A stretch of DNA of 62,268 bases. Source: an uncultured Gammaproteobacteria bacterium. GTDB lineage: Bacteria; Patescibacteriota; Patescibacteriia; Patescibacteriales; UBA12465. The stretch is taken from assembly GCA_964437025.1 (NCBI GenBank), contig CAYTEZ010000001.1:1-62268 (forward strand), read 5' to 3'. The position numbers were made by a program, and so were the translations under genes. The notes beneath the pieces are model-generated. The model searched no databases and was not told the origin of the DNA. It worked only from the letters and a program-made list of their open reading frames with translations. Position 1 is the stretch's first letter. Every line of letters begins with the position of its first letter. Below, one piece after another: positions 37,838 to 46,114 of this stretch.

Positions 37838-38752
37838 TTATATTTTTAAATCTCTAAGAGCTTTAATTCTCTCTTCCACCGGTGGATGAGTCATAAAAGC
37901 TTTAGCAAATAATCTTTTACGATCACTCTTTAAAGGTGAACTAATATACAAATGAGCTGTAGCCTGATTAGCGCTTTGCAGTTCGTTAGGGTCAGAAGAA
38001 ATCTTCTCTAAAGCTTTGGCCAAACCTTCAGGATAACGGGTAATTAAAGCACCATCAGCATCAGCTAGAAACTCCCTTCTACGAGAAATAGCAAACTGCA
38101 TCATATAAGCAAAAATCGGAGCTAAAATTGAAAAAACTATTGCTAAAACTATCATCACCAAACGAACAGCTCCACCATTACTATCATTATTATCACTACG
38201 AGATTTTCCTATTTGACCATAGAAGGCAAAACGTCTGAACCAATCAGCCAGTAGCACAATCATGCCCACCAAAATAGTGGTAATAGTCGCTAGTAGAATA
38301 TCATAGTTTTTGACGTGAGACAACTCATGAGCAATAACTCCTTCTAATTCACTTTTCTCTAATTTATTAAGCAGTCCAGTGGTTACAGCAATAACAGCGT
38401 TCTTAGGATTACGTCCAGTAGCAAAAGCATTGGGTGCCACATCATCAATAATATATATCCTAGGAACTGGTAAACCAACTGTAATGCATAAGTTTTCTAC
38501 CAAACGATACAATTCCCTATTCTCAGCTGGATCAATAGCTCTAGCATGACTCATAGCCAAAACAATTTTATCACTAAACCAGTAGCTAAAAAAAGATGAA
38601 GCAATGCTTAAAAATACTACTATATACAAAATACTTGGGTCGTTATAAGCAACGCTGAAAATATAGGCAATGATAATAGTAAATACTAAAAAACCAGAAA
38701 ATAAAAACCAGGTCTTTCTTTTATTGCTATCACTGTGATTATATAATGTCAT
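37838..38752 (-). CDS. htpX: M48-family zinc metalloprotease HtpX
   Basis: HELSHVKNYD (HExxH) plus four TM segments in the HtpX arrangement. Confidence 0.9.
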   Translation of the reverse strand: MTLYNHSDSNKRKTWFLFSGFLVFTIIIAYIFSVAYNDPSILYIVVFLSIASSFFSYWFSDKIVLAMSHARAIDPAENRELYRLVENLCITVGLPVPRIYIIDDVAPNAFATGRNPKNAVIAVTTGLLNKLEKSELEGVIAHELSHVKNYDILLATITTILVGMIVLLADWFRRFAFYGQIGKSRSDNNDSNGGAVRLVMIVLAIVFSILAPIFAYMMQFAISRRREFLADADGALITRYPEGLAKALEKISSDPNELQSANQATAHLYISSPLKSDRKRLFAKAFMTHPPVEERIKALRDLKI

Positions 38753-38767
38753 ATTTATTTTACCTTA

Positions 38768-38796
38768 AATTACCTTGACGTTAGCCAAGGTAATTT
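38768..38796. other. intergenic perfect hairpin between the small ORF and htpX
   Basis: AAATTACCTTG-ACGTTAGC-CAAGGTAATTT has 11-bp arms. The T-run follows only in the plus orientation, although both flanking genes are on the minus strand. Its function is unclear. Confidence 0.3.
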
Positions 38797-38808
38797 TTTA
38801 TTCTTTAT

Positions 38809-38955
38809 TTATTCAAAAAATTTTTTGTAGACTATCAGAATCACCACACCAGCTACAATGATGCAAGCTAGTATTGGCCAAATTGATAAAGTTCCTCCAC
38901 CGCTAGAAGAAGCGACGTCATAACCCAAACCTAGATTATCAATACTGTTATTCAT
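38809..38955 (-). CDS. small single-pass membrane protein (about 48 aa)
   Basis: MNNSIDNLGLGYDVASSSGGGTLSIWPILACIIVAGVVILIVYKKFFE. The start was trimmed to the ATG at 38955 to avoid overlapping the lemA stop at 38960. It could be spurious. Confidence 0.4.
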   Translation of the reverse strand: MNNSIDNLGLGYDVASSSGGGTLSIWPILACIIVAGVVILIVYKKFFE

Positions 38956-38959
38956 ATTA

Positions 38960-39526
38960 TTAAAATTCAACTTTAACATTTTCTCTTTGAGAAGCTTCTT
39001 CAATCTCAAAGAAATTTTTAGAAGAGAAACCTAATCTCTTAGCAATAATGTTAGTTGGAAAAACTTGTAATTTAGTATTGAAGTCACGGACATTACCATT
39101 ATAGAAACGACGAGCAGCTTGAATTTTGTTTTCAGTGTCAGCCAATTCTCTTTGTAATTCTAAAAAGTTTTGGTTAGCTTTTAAATCAGGATAATTTTCA
39201 CTTAAAGCAAAAATTGATTTTAAAGTTGAAGACAAAGTATTTTCTGCTTGTAGTTTACCAGCAATATCAGAGCTATTTTGCATAGCCATAGCTTCGTTTC
39301 TGGCTTTAATAACATTCTCTAAAGTTTCTTTTTCGTGCTCAGCATAACCTTTTACAGTTTCTACTAAATTTGGAATTAAATCATATCTTCTTTTAAGTTG
39401 AACATCAATATCGCTCCAAGCTTCTTCTACTCGGTTTTTTAAACGGATAAGACCATTATACATAGCAATAATAGCGATAACTAGAACCACGACAACGGCC
39501 AAAACTATCCATAAAGCTGTAGACAT
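38960..39526 (-). CDS. lemA: LemA family protein
   Basis: N-terminal TM, then YNGLIRLKNRVEEAWSDIDVQLKRRYDLIPNLVETVKGYA and RRFYNGNVRDFN, the LemA hallmarks. Confidence 0.9.
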   Translation of the reverse strand: MSTALWIVLAVVVVLVIAIIAMYNGLIRLKNRVEEAWSDIDVQLKRRYDLIPNLVETVKGYAEHEKETLENVIKARNEAMAMQNSSDIAGKLQAENTLSSTLKSIFALSENYPDLKANQNFLELQRELADTENKIQAARRFYNGNVRDFNTKLQVFPTNIIAKRLGFSSKNFFEIEEASQRENVKVEF

Positions 39527-39557
39527 AGATTTTTATAAGTTAATTATTAACTTGATT

Positions 39558-39586
39558 ATTATAGCAAAAATATAGTGAAAAAGCAA
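39558..39586 (-). promoter_or_regulatory. putative lemA promoter
   Basis: The minus strand reads TTGCTT (39581-39586), a 17-nt spacer, then TATAAT (39558-39563). Confidence 0.4.
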
Positions 39587-39591
39587 CTGAT

Positions 39592-39636
39592 AAAAAAAGC
39601 CCCCGATGCAGACTTATCTGCATAAGGGTCTTTTTT
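39592..39636. terminator. bidirectional-looking intrinsic terminator downstream of the XRE/ImmA pair
   Basis: AAAAAAAGCCCCCGATGCAGACTTATCTGCATAAGGGTCTTTTTT. The inner stem is ATGCAGA/TCTGCAT and the outer stem is CCC/GGG, with A- and T-runs on either side. Confidence 0.6.
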
Positions 39637-39681
39637 ATAGTGATATTTATATCGTAAAACAAAACCAGACAAAAATCAAAT

Positions 39682-40293
39682 TTATTTACTGTTTCTGCGT
39701 CCAATAGCAATCTCTATTGGCGCTCGAGAAACATTAAACTTTTCAGCTAAATCATCTATTACATATTCCATTAAATCAAAATCACCCTTTAATCCAGATT
39801 TTTCTAATTTCCTTTTTTTCTCTATAATAATTTTTTCTTTTTCTTCTTCCAATTTTTTTCTTGGCACTAAAAAATGGCTAGCAAAAATATTTGCTTGGGT
39901 TTCTAAAAAACTATATTGATCACCTGAAACATTTTTATAAAAACTATAATAATCTTCAAGAGATTTAATTTCAAAAGTTTCATATATTCCTTTATGTAAG
40001 AATAAATGACCCAACTCATGCGCCATAGAAAAACGTACTCGACGATATTTATAATCATCAAGATAATCATCATTATCAACATAAATATTTTTCCAATCTG
40101 AGGTTATGAAAGAATCTATGCCCGTATTTTTTACTAAGTCTTTAATAGGGACTACATCAATCTTTAATTTCATTAAAAGTTTTTCAACATCGACAAAAGA
40201 CCCCTCTTTCCAAAATTTGGATCTAACCTTTTCCGCCAAAGTTTCAATATCTTTGTCAGAAATATAAGGAGTTTTAAAATCGAAATACACCAT
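39682..40293 (-). CDS. ImmA/IrrE-family (DUF955) metallopeptidase
   Basis: HELGHLFLH (HEXXH) followed by QANIFASHFLVP, as in ImmA/IrrE proteins. Confidence 0.8.
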   Translation of the reverse strand: MVYFDFKTPYISDKDIETLAEKVRSKFWKEGSFVDVEKLLMKLKIDVVPIKDLVKNTGIDSFITSDWKNIYVDNDDYLDDYKYRRVRFSMAHELGHLFLHKGIYETFEIKSLEDYYSFYKNVSGDQYSFLETQANIFASHFLVPRKKLEEEKEKIIIEKKRKLEKSGLKGDFDLMEYVIDDLAEKFNVSRAPIEIAIGRRNSK

Positions 40294-40296
40294 AAA

Positions 40297-40668
40297 TTAA
40301 AGATTTTTTATTAGTTTTATTAAATCATCCAACTCTTTTTTAGTCGGCTTTTTATTACGTATAGTCCTAAAGAATGCGGGCATTAATTGTAAAACCTCTT
40401 TATTTTCTCTAATATCACAAGGGATTATTCCTTGAGCAATACTAGCATAATCAATAAAATCTCTAGTTTGTCCTTCTTTTAGATTTAACGCCTTCGCCCA
40501 TACCTTTAAAACTTTTTCTTCGGCTGGAGGAGAAATTAATCCCCTTTCAATTTTACTCCAATTACTCGGATCATAATTAACCATCCGACATATTTCACGA
40601 ATGCTTAATTCTTTATTGACTCTAAACTCATACAGCAAAGAGCCAAATTTTTTTAAATTTTTTGTCAT
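40297..40668 (-). CDS. XRE-family helix-turn-helix transcriptional regulator
   Basis: LYEFRVNKELSIREICRMVNYDPSNWSKIERG is a Cro/C1-type HTH. It lies 3 nt upstream of the ImmA gene. Confidence 0.75.
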   Translation of the reverse strand: MTKNLKKFGSLLYEFRVNKELSIREICRMVNYDPSNWSKIERGLISPPAEEKVLKVWAKALNLKEGQTRDFIDYASIAQGIIPCDIRENKEVLQLMPAFFRTIRNKKPTKKELDDLIKLIKNL

Positions 40669-40690
40669 ACTTTTTATTTTAATATTACTC

Positions 40691-40727
40691 TGTGGTATTA
40701 TTATACCACAACAAAATATTTTGTCAA
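40691..40727 (-). promoter_or_regulatory. XRE/ImmA promoter with a palindromic operator over the -10
   Basis: The minus strand reads TTGACA (40722-40727), a 16-nt spacer, then TATAAT (40700-40705). The inverted repeat TGTGGTAT-TATT-ATACCACA (40691-40710) covers the -10. Confidence 0.5.
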
Positions 40728-40786
40728 TAGTATATAAAAAAGACCTTTATAAAAAGATCTTTCTTAAAAAAACGTTTAATATTTGC

Positions 40787-43687
40787 TTATTTTCCCACTG
40801 CAATTAACAACTCTTTATCATCTATCTTTATCTTCTTGCCATTCTCTTCCAAGATATTAGAAAAGATGATCTCTGAACTTAGAGTTTCTTTTTTGATATC
40901 ATCACCAAATTTATCAACTATTTTTTTAATAAAGTCATCACTAGAATCAATAGTTACCTGGGCCATATCGTTGATTGAAAGATTTAAATCCTTACGCATT
41001 AGATTGATAAAGCGAACCAATTCTCTTTTACCACCTTCTAGTTTTAATTCTGGAGTAATCAGAGCATCTAATTCTACTCTTAAATCATCTTCAGAATTAA
41101 CTATTTCAACAGTTTTCACATTTAGCTCATCAGTTATTAAAGACAAATAATCACTTTGATTTGATATCTTCAAATCTTTTCCATATACTTTAGCCGAGCT
41201 TAAAATTTGTCTAACCTTGATACCGAGTTTATCTCTTTCCGCTAAACCTAATTCAACCACTCTTCGTACTTCACTCATCTTATCCAATACTTCTTGACTG
41301 CTTGATAAATCTAAAACTTCTGGCCAAGCTTCTAGATGAACACTTTTGTCTTTGTCAGAAAAATTATATCCTAAAACTTTTTGCCATAAGTCTTCTGCTA
41401 TAAACGGCATAAAAGGAGCCATAACTTTGCTTAAAGTAATAAAGACAAAACGCATAGTGGACAAAGCTAAAACCTTGTCCAAAGCATCATCACCCTTTAA
41501 TCTCTCACGACTACGACGCAAATACCAAGTAGAAAATTCATCAATAAAGTCAGTAATAGGACGCATAGCCCGATTTAAATTATATGATTGCATGGCTTCA
41601 TCAACTTCTTTTGCTAAACCATTAACCTTAAACAAAATCCATTTATCTAATATATTAGAACTACTTAAATATTTAGAAAAATCAGCTTCACTTAAATCAC
41701 TTACATACATTTGATAGAAATTATATATGTTATTAAGTAGCATAATATTTTTTCGAAGTGATTCTTCAACTCCCTTCTCTGAAAAGTTTAAATTTTCAGC
41801 TAATACTACCGGTGAGGATAAGATATAGGCACGCAGGGCATCAGCTCCATATTTTTCCATCACTAACATTGGATCAGGATAATTTTTTAACTTCTTTGAC
41901 ATCTTCTTACCATCTTCGGCTAATACTATTCCATTAACGATAACGTTCTTAAAGGCATGACTGCTCTTTATTCCACCCGAAATAGCATGAAGATAATAGA
42001 ACCAAGCTCTAGTTTGATCAACGCCTTCAGCAATAAACTCAGCTGGAAAATTCTTTTCCACCTTTTCTTTGTTCTCAAAAGGATAGTGATGTTGAGCATA
42101 TGGCATAGAGCCACTTTCAAACCAACAATCCAAAACATCAGGAATTCTTGTCATTTGACCAGAGCATTTAGGACAAGCAAAATGAATATTATCAACTACA
42201 TCTTTATGGATATCATTAATTTTTTCTCCACTTAGTTCTTCTAACTCTTTTACGCTACCGACAACCTTTCTTTCACCGCACTCACACTCCCAAACTGGGA
42301 TAGCACTAGCCCAAAATCTTTGACGAGAAATTGACCAATCACGAGCTCCTTCTAACCAATTACCAAAGCGACCATTTTTAATATGAGCTGGTGACCAATT
42401 AATATTTTCCGCTGATTTTAATAATTGTTCTTTGATTTTAGTGATAGCCACAAACCAAGATGAAGTAGCATAGTTAATAAGCGGAGTATCACAACGCCAA
42501 CAATGAGGATAACTATGCTCATATTTAGCTTTATCGAATAATAATCCTTGGTGAGCTAAGTATTTTACAATCTCAACATCGGTAGACATATGATCATCTA
42601 TTGGTTTAACATTAAGTCCAGGAAAATCTGTAACCTCTACTTTAAAAGTTCCATCCATATTAACGTGTTGAATAAAGGCTAACTTTTTCTCCTTACCTAA
42701 GTTCATATCATCTTGACCAAAAGCTGGAGCAATATGAACTACACCAGTACCATCTTCAGTTGTAACAAAATCAGCACTATGAATCATCCAAGAATTTTCT
42801 CGACCCTCTAATTTTTCATCATTCACGTAATAATTAAATAGTGGTTTATATTTTTTCAAAACTAAATCACTACCTTTAAATTCACTGACAACTTCAAACT
42901 TTTTATCCTTCATAACCTCAGCTAATCTCTCTTTAGCTAAAATTAAGTTTTCACTACTACCGTCTTCTTTATTGTATAGAACTTTTACATAATCCATTTC
43001 AGCTCCCACAGCTAAAGCTACATTACCAATCAGAGTCCAAGGAGTTGTGGTCCAAGCTAAAACAAAAACCCCTGGTTCATCCACTAATTCAAATTTAGCT
43101 ATACAGGATAAATCTTTAATATCTTGATAGCCTTCAGCTACTTCAGATTGAGAAAGAGTGGTTTCACAACGTGGACAAACATGCATTGAACGATAATCTT
43201 TATATACTAAATCTTTATCCCAAAGTTGTTTAAAAACCCACCAAATAGACTCCATAAAGCTTAAGTCCATGGTATGATAAGCGTGTTCTTTATCAACAAA
43301 ACGACCTATTTTATCAGACACCTTATACCATTCCTCAGCATAAGCTAAAACTTTAGAACGACAAATACTATTAAATTTAGCAATGCCTAATTCTTCGATA
43401 TCTTTTTTAGTTTTAGTGCCTAATTCTTTCTCTACAATGTTTTCAATTGGAAGACCATGACAATCCCAACCCCATTTTCTTTCAACTCTATATCCTTTCA
43501 TGGTAAAAAAACGAGGAACAACATCTTTCATTATTTGACCAACAATATGTCCATAATGTGGTGTTCCAGTAGCAAAAGGAGGGCCATCATAAAAAACATA
43601 ATCACCCTGAGGCGCTTCTTTATCAACTGTCTTTTGAAAAATATTATTATCTTTCCAAAAAGATAGCACTTGTTCTTCTCTATTCAT
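40787..43687 (-). CDS. ileS: isoleucine--tRNA ligase
   Basis: PPFATGTPHYGH (HIGH), KMSKKLKN (KMSKS), a CP1 editing domain with TTPWTL, and zinc-knuckle Cys pairs. Confidence 0.95.
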   Translation of the reverse strand: MNREEQVLSFWKDNNIFQKTVDKEAPQGDYVFYDGPPFATGTPHYGHIVGQIMKDVVPRFFTMKGYRVERKWGWDCHGLPIENIVEKELGTKTKKDIEELGIAKFNSICRSKVLAYAEEWYKVSDKIGRFVDKEHAYHTMDLSFMESIWWVFKQLWDKDLVYKDYRSMHVCPRCETTLSQSEVAEGYQDIKDLSCIAKFELVDEPGVFVLAWTTTPWTLIGNVALAVGAEMDYVKVLYNKEDGSSENLILAKERLAEVMKDKKFEVVSEFKGSDLVLKKYKPLFNYYVNDEKLEGRENSWMIHSADFVTTEDGTGVVHIAPAFGQDDMNLGKEKKLAFIQHVNMDGTFKVEVTDFPGLNVKPIDDHMSTDVEIVKYLAHQGLLFDKAKYEHSYPHCWRCDTPLINYATSSWFVAITKIKEQLLKSAENINWSPAHIKNGRFGNWLEGARDWSISRQRFWASAIPVWECECGERKVVGSVKELEELSGEKINDIHKDVVDNIHFACPKCSGQMTRIPDVLDCWFESGSMPYAQHHYPFENKEKVEKNFPAEFIAEGVDQTRAWFYYLHAISGGIKSSHAFKNVIVNGIVLAEDGKKMSKKLKNYPDPMLVMEKYGADALRAYILSSPVVLAENLNFSEKGVEESLRKNIMLLNNIYNFYQMYVSDLSEADFSKYLSSSNILDKWILFKVNGLAKEVDEAMQSYNLNRAMRPITDFIDEFSTWYLRRSRERLKGDDALDKVLALSTMRFVFITLSKVMAPFMPFIAEDLWQKVLGYNFSDKDKSVHLEAWPEVLDLSSSQEVLDKMSEVRRVVELGLAERDKLGIKVRQILSSAKVYGKDLKISNQSDYLSLITDELNVKTVEIVNSEDDLRVELDALITPELKLEGGKRELVRFINLMRKDLNLSINDMAQVTIDSSDDFIKKIVDKFGDDIKKETLSSEIIFSNILEENGKKIKIDDKELLIAVGK

Positions 43688-43701
43688 ATTTTTATATTTA
43701 A

Positions 43702-44919
43702 TTATTTTATAATTCTAATTGATTTAATAATTTTATTCTCCACTTTTTCAACAGTACATTCATATTCTTTAATTTTTACCTTCATTCCTTCCTTAGGAAT
43801 TTTTTTAATTTCGTTTAAGATAACATCAGCTACGGTATCTAATTCAGCATCAGAAAAATTAATATTTAAGAAACGATTTAAATCACGCACTTCAGTTACC
43901 CCAGAAACCACAACTTCATTTTTACCAATTCTTTTCATTAAGTTTTTATCAACATCATGTTCATCAATAATTTCACCCACTAATTCTTCAATAGTATCCT
44001 CTAAAGTGATAATACCATCAGTACCGCCATATTCATCCAACACTACAGCAATATGAATCTTTCTTTTTTGGAATTCTTTTAATACATTACTAATTATCAT
44101 CTGTTTAGGCACTACAATAATTGGTCGCATAATAGTCTCAACTGCTTCTTTTTCCTTATCCTCTCTAAAAGCTAATAATACATCTTGCGCATGGACAAAA
44201 CCTTTAATTTTATCCGGGCTACCATCGATAACCAAACAACGAGTAATACCATGGTTTTCTATCTCGGAAGCTGCTTCTTCAATGCTAGCTCCACTCTCTA
44301 CAAAAACTAACTCTACTCGAGGAGTCATGACATCTTCGGCAGTAATATCATTAAATTTAAATAGGTTTTCAATCATCATTCCTTCATTTCTCTCAATCGT
44401 TCCCTGCTCTACTCCAGTCATAGCTAAAGCTTTTAATTCGTCTTCAGAAACTTTTTCGGCTTTATGACGACCTACTAGCAAAATTGTAATCTTGTTTAGA
44501 ACAAAAACAACAGGAGAAAAAAGTTTTTTTAAAAAAGAAATAAAAGGAGCAAAAATTGTAGCTAAAAAAACAGCATTGGAAGTAGCAAAACTTTTAGGAG
44601 CAATTTCACCGAAGATTAAAATAATTAAAGTCATTACAAAAGTAGTTACTCCGACTACAGCTGAATCAAAATAATGAGCAAAAACAATAGTAGCTAGTGA
44701 AGCAGCTCCAATATTTACTATATTATTTCCAATAAGTACTGTAATCAAAAAAGATCTAGGATCAGATTTTAATTTTTTTATCATGTTAGCATTTCTTCTT
44801 CCTTCTTTAATTAAAGAATTGACTTTAGAATCGCTTAGCGACAAAAAGGCTGCTTCGGCTGATGAGAAAAAAGCTGATAGAGCTATTAAAATGACTAACG
44901 CTACTACGTAATATTCCAT
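43702..44919 (-). CDS. CNNM/TlyC-family membrane protein (DUF21 + CBS pair + CorC_HlyC)
   Basis: A four-TM DUF21 N-terminus, then ITAEDVMTPRVE (the start of CBS domain 1), then a C-terminal CorC-like domain. Confidence 0.88.
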   Translation of the reverse strand: MEYYVVALVILIALSAFFSSAEAAFLSLSDSKVNSLIKEGRRNANMIKKLKSDPRSFLITVLIGNNIVNIGAASLATIVFAHYFDSAVVGVTTFVMTLIILIFGEIAPKSFATSNAVFLATIFAPFISFLKKLFSPVVFVLNKITILLVGRHKAEKVSEDELKALAMTGVEQGTIERNEGMMIENLFKFNDITAEDVMTPRVELVFVESGASIEEAASEIENHGITRCLVIDGSPDKIKGFVHAQDVLLAFREDKEKEAVETIMRPIIVVPKQMIISNVLKEFQKRKIHIAVVLDEYGGTDGIITLEDTIEELVGEIIDEHDVDKNLMKRIGKNEVVVSGVTEVRDLNRFLNINFSDAELDTVADVILNEIKKIPKEGMKVKIKEYECTVEKVENKIIKSIRIIK

Positions 44920-44928
44920 ACAATGTTT

Positions 44929-46110
44929 TTATTTTATTTTTAAATTTTTAAATTGTTTATTCTTTAATCCTTCGGGTAAATAGGTTTGATCACTATCATC
45001 CACCTCTGGACTATATTTATAATTTTCACCATAACCTAATTCTTTCATTAACTTAGTTGGTGCATTTCTTAAATGAATTGGCACTGGTAAATTACCGCTA
45101 GTTCGAATTTCTTCAACTGTAATATTATATGCCTTATACGCTGCAATACTTTTAGGTGATTTAGCCAAATACATAGCACAGTGAGTTAAGTTTACTGAGC
45201 ATTCTGGTAAACCAATATTGCGACAGGCGTCATAAGTGGCATTAGCAATCATTAAGGCGCTGTTGTTAGCCACTCCGATATCTTCACTGGCAAATCTAAT
45301 CATACGACGAGCAATAAACAAAGGGTCTTCCCCAGCCTCAATCATACGAGCTGTCCAATAAACCGAAGCTTTAACATCACCACCTCGCATTGACTTATGC
45401 AAAGCTGAGATAATATTATAATGCTCATCCCCCTTCTTATCATAATTTAATTGCGGCTTGTTAATAATTTCCTTGATCAATTCCACACTTAACTCCTTAC
45501 TTGACTCTGAAGCTGATTCTAAAATATTTAAAGAACGTCTAGCATCACCCTGGCCTAAACGAGCTATTAGTTTAACAAGTTTCTTATCAATTTTCAAGTT
45601 TAATTCCTTAGCTCCCCGGGTAATAATTAGACATAGATCTTCATCATCTAGAGGATCTAAAACAACAACTTTGAGACGTGATAATAGGGCTGAATTAACA
45701 GAAAAACTGGGATTTTCGGTAGTAGCCCCAATAAGTATTAAAACCCCATTTTCTACCTGTGGCAATAGAGCATCCTGCTGAGCTTTGTTCCAACGATGAA
45801 TTTCATCAATAAACAAAATTGTCTTTATCCCCAATCTTTTATTAGTTTCAGCTCGATCAACAATCTCTTTTAAATCTTTTTTGCCGCTATCAGTAGCTGA
45901 AATTGATTTAAATTCAGCTTTAGTCTCTGAGGCAATAATAAAAGCTAGAGTGGTTTTGCCGGACCCTGGAGGTCCCCAAAAAATCAAAGACGGCACTTGA
46001 TCTCTTTCAATTGCCAAACGTAACCAGGAATTTTTTCCAATAATCTTTTCTTGACCAAAAAAGTTTTTTAAACTATCGGGTCTAAGTATTGTAGCTAATG
46101 GTTTTTTCAT
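44929..46110 (-). CDS. rarA: replication-associated recombination protein A (AAA+ ATPase)
   Basis: LIFWGPPGSGKTTLA, LFIDEIHRWNKAQQDALLP, and the C-terminal MgsA domain (HYNIISALHKSMRGGD, YWTARMIEAGEDP). Confidence 0.92.
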   Translation of the reverse strand: MKKPLATILRPDSLKNFFGQEKIIGKNSWLRLAIERDQVPSLIFWGPPGSGKTTLAFIIASETKAEFKSISATDSGKKDLKEIVDRAETNKRLGIKTILFIDEIHRWNKAQQDALLPQVENGVLILIGATTENPSFSVNSALLSRLKVVVLDPLDDEDLCLIITRGAKELNLKIDKKLVKLIARLGQGDARRSLNILESASESSKELSVELIKEIINKPQLNYDKKGDEHYNIISALHKSMRGGDVKASVYWTARMIEAGEDPLFIARRMIRFASEDIGVANNSALMIANATYDACRNIGLPECSVNLTHCAMYLAKSPKSIAAYKAYNITVEEIRTSGNLPVPIHLRNAPTKLMKELGYGENYKYSPEVDDSDQTYLPEGLKNKQFKNLKIK

Positions 46111-46114
46111 AAAC

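Noticed and set aside
39682-40668. Prophage or integrative element around the XRE/ImmA pair.
   Set aside because: Both flanks are ordinary chromosomal genes (lemA, ileS). No integrase, structural phage genes or flanking direct repeats were seen.
43670-44056. 128-aa plus-strand ORF, together with many other 60-120-aa ORFs antisense to long genes (for example 41346..41714, 47634..47966, 23686..24027, 24700..25035).
   Set aside because: Each lies wholly inside a well-supported gene on the other strand. Their translations are low-complexity, as expected in AT-rich DNA.
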